DNA of 55,923 nt, counting the filler, from Squatina squatina (Eukaryota): NCBI GenBank assembly GCA_031763465.1. It is 3 parts of one record of this genome, joined end to end, with 100 filler letters (N's around TTAATTAATTAA, not from the genome) between each part and the next. Parts side by side here need not be neighbours in the genome. Positions count along the whole stretch, not along the records: positions 15,708 to 38,262 come from JARFOE010000016.1; 2 more parts are not named here. One strand, 5' to 3'. Made by a program: the position numbers and the translations under genes. Below are positions 24,621 to 37,295 of the stretch, piece by piece. Within the stretch, counting starts at the first letter, position 1; every line of letters begins with the position of its first letter. Under the pieces are notes generated by a model. It ran no database searches, was not told the origin of the DNA, and was given only the letters and a program-made list of their open reading frames with translations.

Positions 24621-25364
24621 AGAAGTATTGGTGCTTTCCATTGTTGTTTCAGGTTGCAAAAGTCTACAGGAAGTGGTCTGGCTGGTGCTGAAGGANNNNN
24701 NNNNNNNNNNNNNNNNNNNNNNNNNNNNNNNNNNNNNNNNNNNNNNNNNNNNNNNNNNNNNNNNNNNNNNNNNNNNNNNNNNNNNNNNNNNNNNNATATT
24801 TCTTGAAAATCCCAGCAATGGGCATCATACATCCCCCACAAAGTATCCTTCATCCGACCGCAAAGGAAATTCCACACCCAAAAGACCATTTTAAGGTATT
24901 TGACAAGTAGTACTTCATCCAGAAAAGGTTAAAATCAGAGCTTGAAGGCACAGTCTCAGAATGCCACATCTGAAGATGAGTCCTTGGCCCTTATACTGCA
25001 TTTGAAAGCAGGGGCTCGAGATCTCAGGCGGACCTTAAAGATCCCATGGTGAAGAAGAGTAGGGCAATGCTGTTGATTGGGACCCGCTTTGTAAATGTGG
25101 AACCCCAGCAAATTTCAGAAATATTTCCACTTGAAGTGTATCTCGAATTTGAAGGGGTGAATGATGTTGAAACATCAAATACTGAACCATGAGCCTTTTC
25201 CTACATCTGGCAGAGTGACTCATGAGTTCTGGGTTTTTCCCACTCATGGGAGAAGGTCACCGGTCTGCGATGCCATGTATCCCTCAGTTTGATGACTGAG
25301 ATCCTGAAGAAAGATGTTCTTAAAAATTCTAAATATGCCCACTTTTTCCTACACTTCCTCACAG

Positions 25365-25448
25365 CTTGTCCTGGAATAGCATCAGTGATGAGGGTGCAGT
25401 GAGACTGGCTGAAGTGCTACCGAGAATGCTGTGTTTAAAGAAACTAGA
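25365..25448 (+). CDS. NLRC5: NLRC5 C-terminal LRR exon
   Basis: cttcctcacag|...GA|gtgagt, 84 bp, phase 2/2, reads LSWNSISDEGAVRLAEVLPRMLCLKKL. Compare recalled human LSWNLLGDEAAAELAQVLPQMGRLKRV. Confidence 0.85.
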
Positions 25449-26183
25449 GTGAGTACAACAATGAACCCCAGTGACGGATAATGTTGGCAGGGCTCTGAGC
25501 TGGTGCAAAGTATTCAACAAAAAGAGTCTTATCTTTCAACAGGTACAGCAGCACACTGTGTGGTAGCTGACAGTAATATGCAAGATCTGGACATTATCAT
25601 TCACTAATTATGTGGCTGCTGTGTATGTATCTTCAAAGATAAGCAGTTCCTCTGCTGGATATAAGGTTCAGCCACTTTGCAGTATAAATGTACAGGAGAT
25701 CACAGAGGCACCTACACAAGCCACACTATACTAAACATATGAATTGTCAGCTTTTGTTTCTGGAAATAAGTTAAAAAAATTGGTACTGTTTTTATAGTTG
25801 TTACTATATGCTGCTGTTTTTTTTAATTATTAGTAGCTGGAATTGTATGTAGTGATGAACATAAATGCCTTTCATGCTGTTATTGTGNNNNNNNNNNNNN
25901 NNNNNNNNNNNNNNNNNNNNNNNNNNNNNNNNNNNNNNNNNNNNNNNNNNNNNNNNNNNNNNNNNNNNNNNNNNNNNNNNNNNNNNNGCAGGGAAAAATA
26001 TGGCCACCTCGATAGCCTCTTTGTGCATTTGCACTTAGTTGCACACATACACGTCATAACTGCTTTTAGCATTCCTCTAAGTTCTTGGTGTCCACAGAGG
26101 AAAAGTCACATGGATCCTGCAAATTTGTTTTTTTTTATATCCGTGTGTGGTCACTGTTGAATATTGTAAGATGACTTACTTAG

Positions 26184-26417
<234 letters not shown>

Positions 26418-26653
26418 TAACCGCTTCGATGTCTGGGTAACGCACGGAGTGGTAAAAGTGGTTTTCAATGAACATTTTCTTCACCTTTCAGTTGGAAAAC
26501 TGTAGAGAATGGAGAGGAGGACAAGGGGCTGGAGTGACAATGGGAGGAGACTGNNNNNNNNNNNNNNNNNNNNNNNNNNNNNNNNNNNNNNNNNNNNNNN
26601 NNNNNNNNNNNNNNNNNNNNNNNNNNNNNNNNNNNNNNNNNNNNNNNNNNNNN

Positions 26654-27410
26654 CAGGAGATGCTACACCTGTCCTTTTACCTCCTCCCTTCCCACTGTCC
26701 AGGGCCCCTAACACTCCTTCCAGGTGAAACAGCGATTTACTGTTTTTACTGATTTACAGTAATTGTACTACTTTCAATTTAATATGCTGTATTCGCTGCT
26801 CACGATTCACTGGTCTTCTCTACACTGCAGAAACCAAACGCAGATTGGGTGATCGCTTTGCAGACCACCTCCGTTCAGTCCATAAGCATGACCCTGAGCT
26901 TCCGGACGCCTGTCACTTTAATTCTCCGCTCTATTCCCACTCTGATCTCTGTTCTCGACCTCTTGCACTGTTCTCGCCTCATCTTTAATTTAGACACTTT
27001 ACAGCCTTCTGGACTCAACATAGAGTTCAACAAGTTCAGGCCATAAACAGTGTCCCATTTTTCCCCTCTCTTTCCCATGGCAGCTGATGATTTTAGCATT
27101 TACACCCTATCTAGACTCTTGTTTCTTAACTTGTTCCATTACAATCTCATTTGCCTTGCACCATCACCCCTTTTGTCTCTTAATCTCTTCTGCCTTCCAG
27201 CCTATCTCAGACCTGCCCTTTCACTCTTTCCTCCCTTCCCCTATACTTGCTTAAAAACCTGTTACATCTCTAACTTTTTCCAGTTCTGACGAAGGGTCAT
27301 CGGCCTGAAACGTTAACTCTGTTTCTCTCTCCAGGTGCCTGACCTGCTGAGTGTTTCCAGCATTTTCTGTCTTTATTTCAGATTTCCAGCATCCACAGTA
27401 TCTTGCTTTT
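26654..27410 (+). mobile_element. Penelope-like element remnant (GIY-YIG C-terminus plus pLTR-like tail)
   Basis: aatttaatatgctgtattcgctgctcacga...ctctacactgcagaaaccaaacgcagattgggtgatcgctttgcagaccacctccgttcagtc reads as decayed NLICCIRCSR...LYTAETKRRLGDRFADHLRSV (GIY-YIG endonuclease). It is followed by an HFNS motif and a tail with a hammerhead motif. Confidence 0.8.
27282..27318 (+). ncRNA. Minimal type-I hammerhead ribozyme motif
   Basis: AGTT-CTGACGA-A-GGGTC-ATC-GGCCT-GAAA-CG-TT-AACT has both core boxes (CUGANGA, GAAA), stem I AGUU/AACU, a 5-bp stem II with two G-U pairs and a palindromic AACGUU stem III region. Confidence 0.65.
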
Positions 27411-27599
27411 GGTGTAGTCAATGAATATAGCTGCTCTTTAAAATAAGCCTCAGGGCAAACAGCACACTTTTATAAGTGAACAAGCCACTTGTTAAAAATC
27501 GAGCATTTAAAATCCTGAATCTACACATCTAAATTTACTGAACTACTGCAAAACAGAGGGCATGTCCCACACACAAAACTGGATTCCTACCCCATTGCT

Positions 27600-28350
27600 G
27601 GGTCAGTGTTTCACTTTAGATACACTAAACACACATCAAAACAAAATCCCCATCGGCCTCTTAAAAATAGCAGATATGCTAATCTAGCCAGATGGAATAC
27701 CTGTTCATCACTCCTGGATAGGATGAATGCCAAAATAAATATTCTCCCTGCCCCCTCCACCCATTTCAGATGCTGCTGGCCAAGTTAGTTAACCTGGAAA
27801 GAGGCTGCAAGTATGCTTCAAACACTTTCAGCACCTATGAAAAAAATAAGGAGGGACTGGGCTTCACAAATTGCAGACAATGCCCAGATTCAAGTGATTG
27901 TGGCATGGTCTCACCCTCTACACCCACGGCCCCCATCCATTGCGGCAAAAAGTATGGAGTCAAATCCTAATCACAACTGCCTGAAGACAAGCTCCACATA
28001 CTTCACAACTCTAGATGACTCTTGAAGAGTCCGAGACCAGAAGGGCACCGTCCACTGCATATTTTGGACGTGGTCACACATCCAGCCATTCCAGATAGCA
28101 CTCTACGAGACCACTAGGCCATGACTGGTCTTACAGTCTCAGAGAACCAGCCCACGGTTTGCTGCGCCTGCCCACTGGAGAGCAAGCACTCCCCTGCTAG
28201 TTCAGGGTCGGCACAGCTCCCACTGCCAGCTAAAGGACGGTGCATCTGCCCGCTATGGTTCGAGCGCATGTGGGACATATTCCAGTCAGAATGAGGGCTG
28301 GAGAAATATCATACCATCTGGGACCGGCTGTTGGAAGCTCACTCAACATA
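27600..28350 (+). mobile_element. Degenerate L1-clade LINE ORF2 fragments
   Basis: NLARWNTCSSLLDRMNAKINILP resembles DLxRWxxLPLSLxGRINxxKMNILP, and GTVHCIFWTWSHIQPF resembles GTxxHxFWxCxxIQPFW of the C-terminal zinc knuckle. Confidence 0.6.
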
Positions 28351-28674
28351 AACTGCTCCACTTCCCCACCCACTGACCCCGAAAGGCAGTCACTCCGACT
28401 TACATGATTACTAGAAGGCACGCGGTCTAACTAATCCCCAGAGACAAAAACCAGCCAAGTTGCCTCAATCCCTTGACCGCATTGCTCCCAGCACAAGCCT
28501 GTTCATTGCAAGGAATCTGGATGTATCTATGTACTCCTCCTGCAAGCACTGTGCAAGCAGAATGTACAATGGCTTCATAAAATATATATGTACCAGAATG
28601 CTTTTGAGAATTCATTTGAAAATAAGTATTGATTTAATGTTTCAAGTTTCTATCTGGGTGAAAAAAGCTACAAT

Positions 28675-28900
28675 AGGTAAAACTCTTCTCCCTCCCTCTC
28701 CTGCTGGCAGTGACTCTCTTGTAGGGGTACAGATCCATTGGCACCAGCAACCTTTTACCCCTGTGCGTGTCCAGACAGTGAATCTCAGTAACCTGTTTTG
28801 GGGGTTTGTCACAGTTGAACCTGATCCTGAACTCATCTGATGTACACAATTTCCAGAAGGGTTCACTAGATAATGATCAGGAATGAGGGATTTTCTGTGT
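28675..28900 (-). mobile_element. LF-SINE-like fragment
   Basis: The reverse complement gives cctgatcattatctagtgaacccttctggaaa...aggatcaggttcaactgtga...tcactgtctgg...ggtgccaatggatctgtacccctacaagagagtcactgccagcaggagagggagggagaa. Confidence 0.55.
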
Positions 28901-30184
28901 GGATGTAATTGGGAAATTACAAAATGAGTTACCTCCATTCGTGCGGCCATTTTGCCGATGTCAATTTCCGCCGAAATTTCCTTCCCGTCTTTCATGTCAA
29001 AATGTAAAAATCGGCCTAAACAATCAGGGCCTGAGGAAAGTGTGGAATGCACACCATATATTACTTCTCTAAATATGAAAAATAAAATTTCAAGTCCGCT
29101 ATCATTTGTTCACATTGGGCACAGCATAAGAACAAGCAATCGTGGCAACTTTTCCATTTTTAATATGACTTATACTGACACCATGAATAAAATGCATTCA
29201 AAGAAACAGTGCAGGTCTCAGTGAAGATAAATTAAACAAACCATTGCTTAAAAATTGCAATAAAGCACCAGAAAACTTACTTGCTGGGCCTAAAATTCTG
29301 GGTGTAATTTTACACGTGTTTTGAACCAGTGTAATTGCAGAAAATTTGTGTGTATGGCTGTCTAGCCTGGTTATAATGAGCCGAGGCGCGTTCGGGCACA
29401 GAGATCGAAGAGCGAGGAAATCCAATCATAGCGTATCAAACCCATACCCAAGTTTCCTCCAGCTTTTATACCAGGAATTTGCTTTACGTCCCGATTTGGC
29501 GTGCCTCCGGGCACAGATGTGCAGGAAATTCTGCCTGTTGCTTATTTTCCTTTTTTTTTAAAAACAAAAAACCCTCCCTAGCATAAGACACTGAGGCTAA
29601 TCACAGTGCCCACACCACGAGATCAACTAATCTTGCACAGGCCAAAGATAAAGTTGGGACCTTCCTGACTTTGCTCACTGAGCCATATGCTTCTTAAAAT
29701 GAATTCTGAACGAGGCATTACACTAGTCACTTTGTGGCTCATACACTGCAAACACACACACAAAATCCTATTAACTGTGGCAAAAACAAGTATCGTGCAC
29801 TGCTGCCAAATAATCCATGTTGAGGAGGCAATAATGAATGGTTGTATATTTTAAATGTGACAATTACAAGAGTACCTGGTTAGAATTGGTGTCACGTCAG
29901 ACACACATGATATAAAATGCCTTTTAAAATCACAGCTTGCGTGGAGAGAGTTTATTGCATATGAATCATTTCATTGTCTCCCAGCTCTGCTGTAAAGGTC
30001 AAGTGAGACACTACGAGTTTTACTGCAAATTTATTTTTACACTTAGGACAAAGCAACGTCATTTGAAGTAAATATATAAAATCATGTTTTTTTTTAAGTT
30101 TCCGCCCCACATAAACCCTGTGCAGACTTCAATATGGCGCTTGGTGGTAATTTTTGTTACGGAAAAAAATCGGAGAAATCGGCC

Positions 30185-30585
30185 ATGGGGGCTACTCTAG
30201 CAGTGGACTGGAAACTCCACCGACATCACACGAGGTACCTCAGGCACAGAAGACATCTCAGAAACCAGCAGAGTGCCAGGAGGGCAAAGGCAAATGAGGC
30301 TCGGGGTGAGGCACCAGCAGCTCCTGAACATGACCACACCCAAGAACTACCTGACATGCCAGAGCCACCTGCACCACTGGTGGCAGAGCCCAGACCACTG
30401 CAGCATCCTCCGAGAGGGTGGAGGGCAAGTGGACATCGAAGGAGGTATGCCCACAGAGTGTACAGACGCCACTTGAGCTACCTCCACAAGACCGATGAGC
30501 AATGCCTTCGTAGACTGCGCTTCAAAAAGGAGGTGATAACGGAGCTGTGCCAACTCCTGCAGGCTGACCTGCAACCTCAGAGCAG
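30185..30585 (+). mobile_element. PIF/Harbinger (HARBI1-like) transposase, N-terminal fragment
   Basis: Uninterrupted frame from ATG 30185 into the gap, ending RRRYAHRVYRRHLSYLHKTDEQCLRRLRFKKEVITELCQLLQADLQPQS. This resembles the pre-HTH N-terminal motif of Harbinger DDE transposases. Confidence 0.75.
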
Positions 30586-31162
30586 NNNNNNNNNNNNNNN
30601 NNNNNNNNNNNNNNNNNNNNNNNNNNNNNNNNNNNNNNNNNNNNNNNNNNNNNNNNNNNNNNNNNNNNNNNNNNNNNNNNNNNNNTAACTTCTCATCTCT
30701 CACATCATTCTGTTCTGTATCCTCCCTGTGGCTTTAATGTCCTTTCCTTAATGGGGCACCCACACTACACACAGTACTCTCTAATTATGGACTAACCAAT
30801 GCTTTTTTAAAATAAATTTACCATTAGTCCTTTACTCTTAAACTCACAAATAAGGGTGAAACTGCGACCAGCTCACTGCAGTCACGTTTCTGTTGCCATG
30901 TCCTCTGACGGGATGAGATGTTGTGGGTCACAGATATCTCCATGACTACCATCTGTGTGCTGCTTCCTATCAGCTGACAGGAGTTGCATGTTGTGTCATG
31001 GGCGGGGGTGGAGGGACGAAGGGGGGGGTGGGGGGGGGGCGAAGGTGCGGGGTCTCTGGGTTCCAGTGACAAAAGTGTTGCAGCTGAATATGCCGCCTAA
31101 TTCCTCATGTAGTCTGTTCTTGTTAAAAGAAATCCATTATTTCCCGTTTGGAAAAGGAATGA

Positions 31163-31345
<183 letters not shown>

Positions 31346-31550
31346 TAAAATGCAGCCCTTTGTTCAAAATCTAATTGCATGAGAGGGTTAGCAACTAACC
31401 GTCTATTTTAATAAGATTTGAACAGCTTTTAGCACACTAATTATGTAAATGATNNNNNNNNNNNNNNNNNNNNAGCGTGACCTCTGATTATAATACTGTG
31501 TAAATTAACTCATTATGCATACAGCTGGTAAATTATTTTAAAATATGTAA

Positions 31551-31691
<141 letters not shown>

Positions 31692-32208
31692 TAGTTTTTG
31701 TCAATGGATAGACAATTACAAACAAATATGTATGTATATGTCGACCTCAGTCAGATTCTGATGAGGCCTCGCAACGAACTGGAAGGCAGTGAATTGCGAT
31801 CACTGACTACAAACTATGAAGTTGTATCTTCATTGCTGACTGGCCACCTGACACCTTGGTCCTTACTATGGCTGTGGAGCAAATAAGGGGTCTGTGAGGT
31901 TGTATCTTCACTATTGACTGGTTGGGACTCATCTGAGACTCAGTGTTGCCAATTCTGATTGGACATATTCTTGGAGGTTTCATCATATGATCGCTTGGCT
32001 CCAATCGCCCCACCATAGGCCGCCCAACANNNNNNNNNNNNNNNNNNNNNNNNNNNNNNNNNNNNNNNNNNNNNNNNNNNNNNNNNNNNNNNNNNNNNNN
32101 NNNNNNNNNNNNNNNNNNNNNNNNNNNNNATGGCACCGTGAAGAAATGCTTCCATTCTCCAGCATTTATCACCCTTGTAATTGATACAGTTGGAACCAAG
32201 CATTTTGA

Positions 32209-32376
<168 letters not shown>

Positions 32377-32930
32377 TGAGTTTACCATGTATTTGCTATT
32401 AGTAGAGGAAGTTAGTTGAAAGGACACGGAGAGTCTGCTGGTTTAACACATACACTAAGCACCAGCACATAATCTACAGTCAATTCTAGAGAAATTTTTT
32501 CTACTGTAATAAAAACTCCTATCAAGACAAAGTACTGGGGCACTTCCCATTCACTCCTTTAGAGCCAAGTTTAACACTTGGGTATAGCAGCATAATGCAA
32601 GCATAAAATGTTCCTCAATTATGTGGTTTGCAACACTTAGTACATGGAATACAGTCAATCCACTCATAGCTTCACCTAATGACTAATGTTCAATTCAAAT
32701 CACTTCAGCAGAAATATGTACGTGAAAGTGTTTTTTGGTTCTATTGAGTTGTTCAATGAATAATACCAGGTCTTGTAAATTGCTGTTCTTTATCTAAAGT
32801 TTATAGATTAAAGAACAGAGGAAGAGGAGGNNNNNNNNNNNNNNNNNNNNNNNNNNNNNNNNNNNNNNNNNNNNNNNNNNNNNNNNNNNNNNNNNNNNNN
32901 NNNNNNNNNNNNNNNNNNNNNNNNNNNNNN

Positions 32931-33265
32931 CTTGTTTTCAAATCTTTCCCTATTCCTGTGATGTTCTCGAGCCTTAGAACTCTGCATTCCTCCAATTCTG
33001 GTCTATATATAACCCCAACTTCCTTCACCCGCCATTTGCGGCCATGCCTTTGACTGTCTTATGTCCTGAGCTCTGGAATTCCCTTCCTAAACCTCTCCTC
33101 CTTTTAAGATACTCCTTAAAACCCACCTCTTTGAATAAGCTTTTGGTCACCTCTCATAATATCTCCGCCTTTGACTTGGCATCCATTTTCTTTTTGATTA
33201 CGTCTCTGTGTAATCACCTTGGGAGGATTTGTCCCATTAAAGGTGCTGTGCATGTGCCTGTTGTT
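32931..33265 (+). mobile_element. L2-type LINE 3' end
   Basis: Same family as 20963-21265: ctccaattctgg...ctgagctctggaattcccttcctaaacctctc...aagcttttggtcacct...ttaaaggtgct. Confidence 0.75.
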
Positions 33266-34223
33266 TTTACTTGCTGGTCCATTACTTGAGTCCAAGCATT
33301 TCTGGCTTTTGCATGCAGTACCACTGTCCTGACCGATGAAAATAAGCCTCACTGAAGGTTAAGGTTCAATTAGTTCTCATCTGATACATTTTCAGGATGT
33401 ATCAGAATGAGACATAAGGGTTTGTGGTTTCGAATCGAAATCTATTATTAAATCAAACACACAGCAAGTTGATTAACATCTGAAAGAGAATGGTAAGCTG
33501 GGGTATCTGGTGGGGCCCTTCATCAAAACACATGAGTCCTGATGCAAATTGTGCTTTGACCTACACCTTTCTTTTTATCTTCGTTGTATTCCTGTTAAAT
33601 AAACATGTTTTTTGTGCTGACTACACAATGTCCACTCGTTCTGAACTACCTAATTATGGCAAGACATGATTAATTGTCTGCATTCAATTGTATTGAAGTC
33701 AGTCACGGCCAATCTCCCATTAAGCTTGACCGTAGTCAAGGAACGGTGCAATGTAACATTATAAAGCGCAGCAAGCTACAACTTTCAGATATTAGTGCAC
33801 AACCTAATCGAAACTGATGTTAGCTGTGAATTTATGGGTTAGTAAATCCACATCCAGCACTATATGGAGGTGCAAGTTTGTCACTTGAAGCACTGGCAAG
33901 TCAAAAGAAGAGTGACGTGTCAGCCAGTTCACCCTTTGCACCAGTGCCAATGTAGAAGCAATGCTTTTTTCCCCTCAGGCACAGCCTTTGTTTAATACAT
34001 TGGAACTCTTATTGATCCAGTGAACTGATAGAAAATCAATCTTGTACTCCCAAAAAATATTTTCAAAGGTTACCTTAAATTTGGAGGCACTGGCAGGACA
34101 GTATATCAACACACGTCATAAACTGGTACCGAAATAGAAAAAGGCACTAAATACCAGCACTCCAGTCAATTAGTGGATACACTTCCTGCAGAAAGTCAGC
34201 ACTGTAGTTTTAACCATGATGAA

Positions 34224-34440
34224 ATATATATATATATATATATATATTATAATGTGTGTATTCTCTATCCACCTGGCTGGTTAATTTAACACCTGGAAGG
34301 CTAATGAAGAATTGGTTACATTTTCAAAAGTCAAACATTCAGCAGATTTTAGAGAAACTGCCATTTTGGACAATATCTGGGCACTTCTTTTCTGTGTGCA
34401 TGTGTGTTTGTGCATGTGTGTTTGTGCATGTGTGTCTGTC
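34224..34440. repeat. (TA)n at ~34224-34247 and (TG)n-like at ~34393-34436 microsatellites
   Basis: Seen directly in the sequence. Confidence 0.85.
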
Positions 34441-35120
34441 CATTCCTTNNNNNNNNNNNNNNNNNNNNNNNNNNNNNNNNNNNNNNNNNNNNNNNNNNNN
34501 NNNNNNNNNNNNNNNNNNNNNNNNNNNNNNNNNNNNNNNNNNNNNNNNNNNNNNNNNNNNNNNNNNNNNNNNNNNNNNNNNNNNNNNNNNNNNNNNNNNN
34601 NNNNNNNNNNNNNNNNNNNNNNNNNNNNNNNNNNNNNNNNNNNNNNNNNNNNNNNNNNNNNNNNNNNNNNNNNNNNNNNNNNNNNNNNNNNNNNNNNNNN
34701 NNNNNNNNNNNNNNNNNNNNNNNNNNNNNNNNNNNNNNNNNNNNNNNNNNNNNNNNNNNNNNNNNNNNNNNNNNNNNNNNNNNNNNNNNNNNNNNNNNNN
34801 NNNNNNNNNNNNNNNNNNNNNNNNNNNNNNNNNNNNNNNNNNNNNNNNNNNNNNNNNNNNNNNNNNNNNNNNNNNNNNNNNNNNNNNNNNNNNNNNNNNN
34901 NNNNNNNNNNNNNNNNNNNNNNNNNNNNNNNNNNNNNNNNNNNNNNNNNNNNNNNNNNNNNNNNNNNNNNNNNNNNNNNNNNNNNNNNNNNNNATGTGAA
35001 ATGGACAATAACAACAGCCCAGAAAGAACTAAAATAAGCTGCAGATGTATTTATTATTAGCTTTCAGGAAAGCATCGATATAATATAAACTAATGTATTT
35101 CATTGCTTTTGTATTCCCAG

Positions 35121-35172
35121 GTGTCCCATGAATTTGCCATTAACTTCAATCCTACAAACCCCTTTTGCACAG
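35121..35172 (+). CDS. CPNE2: Copine-2 exon (VWA domain)
   Basis: ttttgtattcccag|...G|gttagt, 52 bp, reads VSHEFAINFNPTNPFCT(G). Confidence 0.92.
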
Positions 35173-36551
35173 GTTAGTACCTTCTGCTGAAAACACCTGT
35201 AACTCCCTCCATCCGCCTCCACTTGCTCTGGTTCTCGCAGTCTCCCACCTATCTCCTTGTACTTTGTCTGTGTTCTTTTCATCTAATTATGTTTGGATTC
35301 TTCCAGCTCCTGGTAATGAGCAGTGATCAGTGTGAGGATCCGGCCTACTTAAATCCCCCAAGTGTGCTAGTTNNNNNNNNNNATTGCTGTTGTGAAATGA
35401 TGCCTGGGAGCATCTGACTTTGATTTACAAAGAGATTCTCCGTCTGTGCAGTGGTGCAATTTATACGTAAAAATAATGATTTAATAGTCCCGGCAAGCTG
35501 CTCCCATTTTAGAAAATTGTTCATTTTATTGCTGCTGAAATCTTTTAAAATCATGAATGCATTGCTCCTGAACAAGACCTCTGGAAATGATATAATGGGC
35601 ACCGTATTGACTGGAAGTAGGTGTTTAAGATGGCTGCTCCTTTCCATAGAGGTGTTTGTATGGCACGGTGCATTGGGTTTCCCAACATGTGCAATTTCCC
35701 CACACAGTGAGCCCCTGATCTCAGTTTGTCCAGGTGAGTCACACTTGGCCACTCTAGTACGGCTCCTAGTGTTCACCTGTAGAGTAGCATCAACAGAAAC
35801 CTGGGAGCACATTGCCCTCCTGGCCTCTCAGGCAGGGAACAAGCCTCAGAAACAAGGATTTAAAAAAGCCTTCATTTAAAATGGAAGTGAAAGAGTTTCT
35901 TTAGCTATCATTATCTAAGTGTTTCCATTTCTTCTTCCCCTCCCCTTCTATCTCCACCTTCCAATTCTCAACAAGGAGTATTTTGTTTCCTGTCACTCTG
36001 AACTTGCAGAAAAGACAACATTTGTGTTTTCATACTTATTCTAAAATCATTTCGAGCTGCACTCATCAACGGTGCACTTAATAAGAAGGGTGGTTTTTGT
36101 CGAGGTCTGGGGATGGCATTGTGACCCAGGGTGTTGCTGCTCCACGGAACTGTCATGGTTTTGCCAATTGTTCATCTCGACACAATCTCATCACTGCCAT
36201 CAGAATATCCAATGTCCCACGCAGAAAGGAAAGTGGGGAACCTTCACTGCTCTNNNNNNNNNNNNNNNNNNNNNNNNNNNNNNNNNNNNNNNNNNNNNNN
36301 NNNNNNNNNNNNNNNNNNNNNNNNNNNNNNNNNNNNNNNNNNNNNNNNNNNNNCCCCCGCCCCCAACTCCTCTGGCTTCCACGCAATCCTTCCCTCCTCT
36401 CTGCGGCCCCTCAATCTGGCTGGCTCCGGGTGGGAAACATGCAAATCAGGTCCTGCCGTTAAATTTGGCAGGGCCTGCGGGAAACCCCTTCCCCCAGGTT
36501 TCTCAGCTGCTTTGGAACCCCTCTCCTGCTTCCCCATTAAAATTCAGGCCG

Positions 36552-37295
36552 TAGTAACTGAGCACTTGGATAAGCATCATCTGATTAAAGAGAGTCAGCA
36601 TGGATTTGTAATGGATAGGTCATTTCTGACTAATCTAGTTGAATTTTTTGAGGAGGTTGCTCACATGGCAGATAGGGAAGCGTTTATCAGTGTTGTTTGT
36701 ATGGGCTTCCAGGATGTATATAAGGTTCCACAGAAGAGATTATTAGCAAAATAAGAGTGCACAGAATTGGAGGTTATCTTGTGATATGGGTCAGTAATTG
36801 GTTGGGAGGTAGGAGACAGAACATAAAGTTAAAGTGTTCATACTCTGATTGGTGGGATGCAACCAGTGGTGTTCCCAGGGGTCTGTACTGGGTCCTCAGC
36901 TTTTCACCATATACATTAATGACTTGGATCAAAGAATAGAGAGTTGCATATAGAAGTTTGCAGATGACGCTAAGTTAGGAGGCACAGTAAGTAATGCAGA
37001 TGGGAGCAGGAAGTTAGAAAGGGATTAAGTTAGTGGACAAAACTATGGCAGATATAGAGTTTAATGTGGGGAAGTGTGAAATCATGCATATTGGATCTGA
37101 GAAAGACAAATCTGAATATTTTCTTGATGGTGAGAGACTTGGAGCTGTGGAGTAACAAAGGCACATCATTAAAAGCTGGTGCACAGGTACAAAAAGTAAT
37201 TAAAAGGCCTAATGGAATTGTTGACCTTTATCTAAAAAGGGTTGGAATTCAAAAGTAAGGATGTGATGCTGCAGTTGTACAGAGCCTTAGTCACA
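36552..37295 (+). mobile_element. CR1-like LINE reverse-transcriptase fragment (frameshifted)
   Basis: Motifs in order: HLDKHHLIKESQHGFV..SFLTNLVEFFEEV, WVSNWLGGRRQ, TSGVP.GSVLGPQLFTIYINDLD, KFADDAKLGG, DVMLQLYRALV. Confidence 0.9.

Noticed and set aside
31755-31800. Second hammerhead (ctgatgag-gcct...aggc)
   Set aside because: There is no GAAA box after the putative stem II, and no stem I or III pairing.
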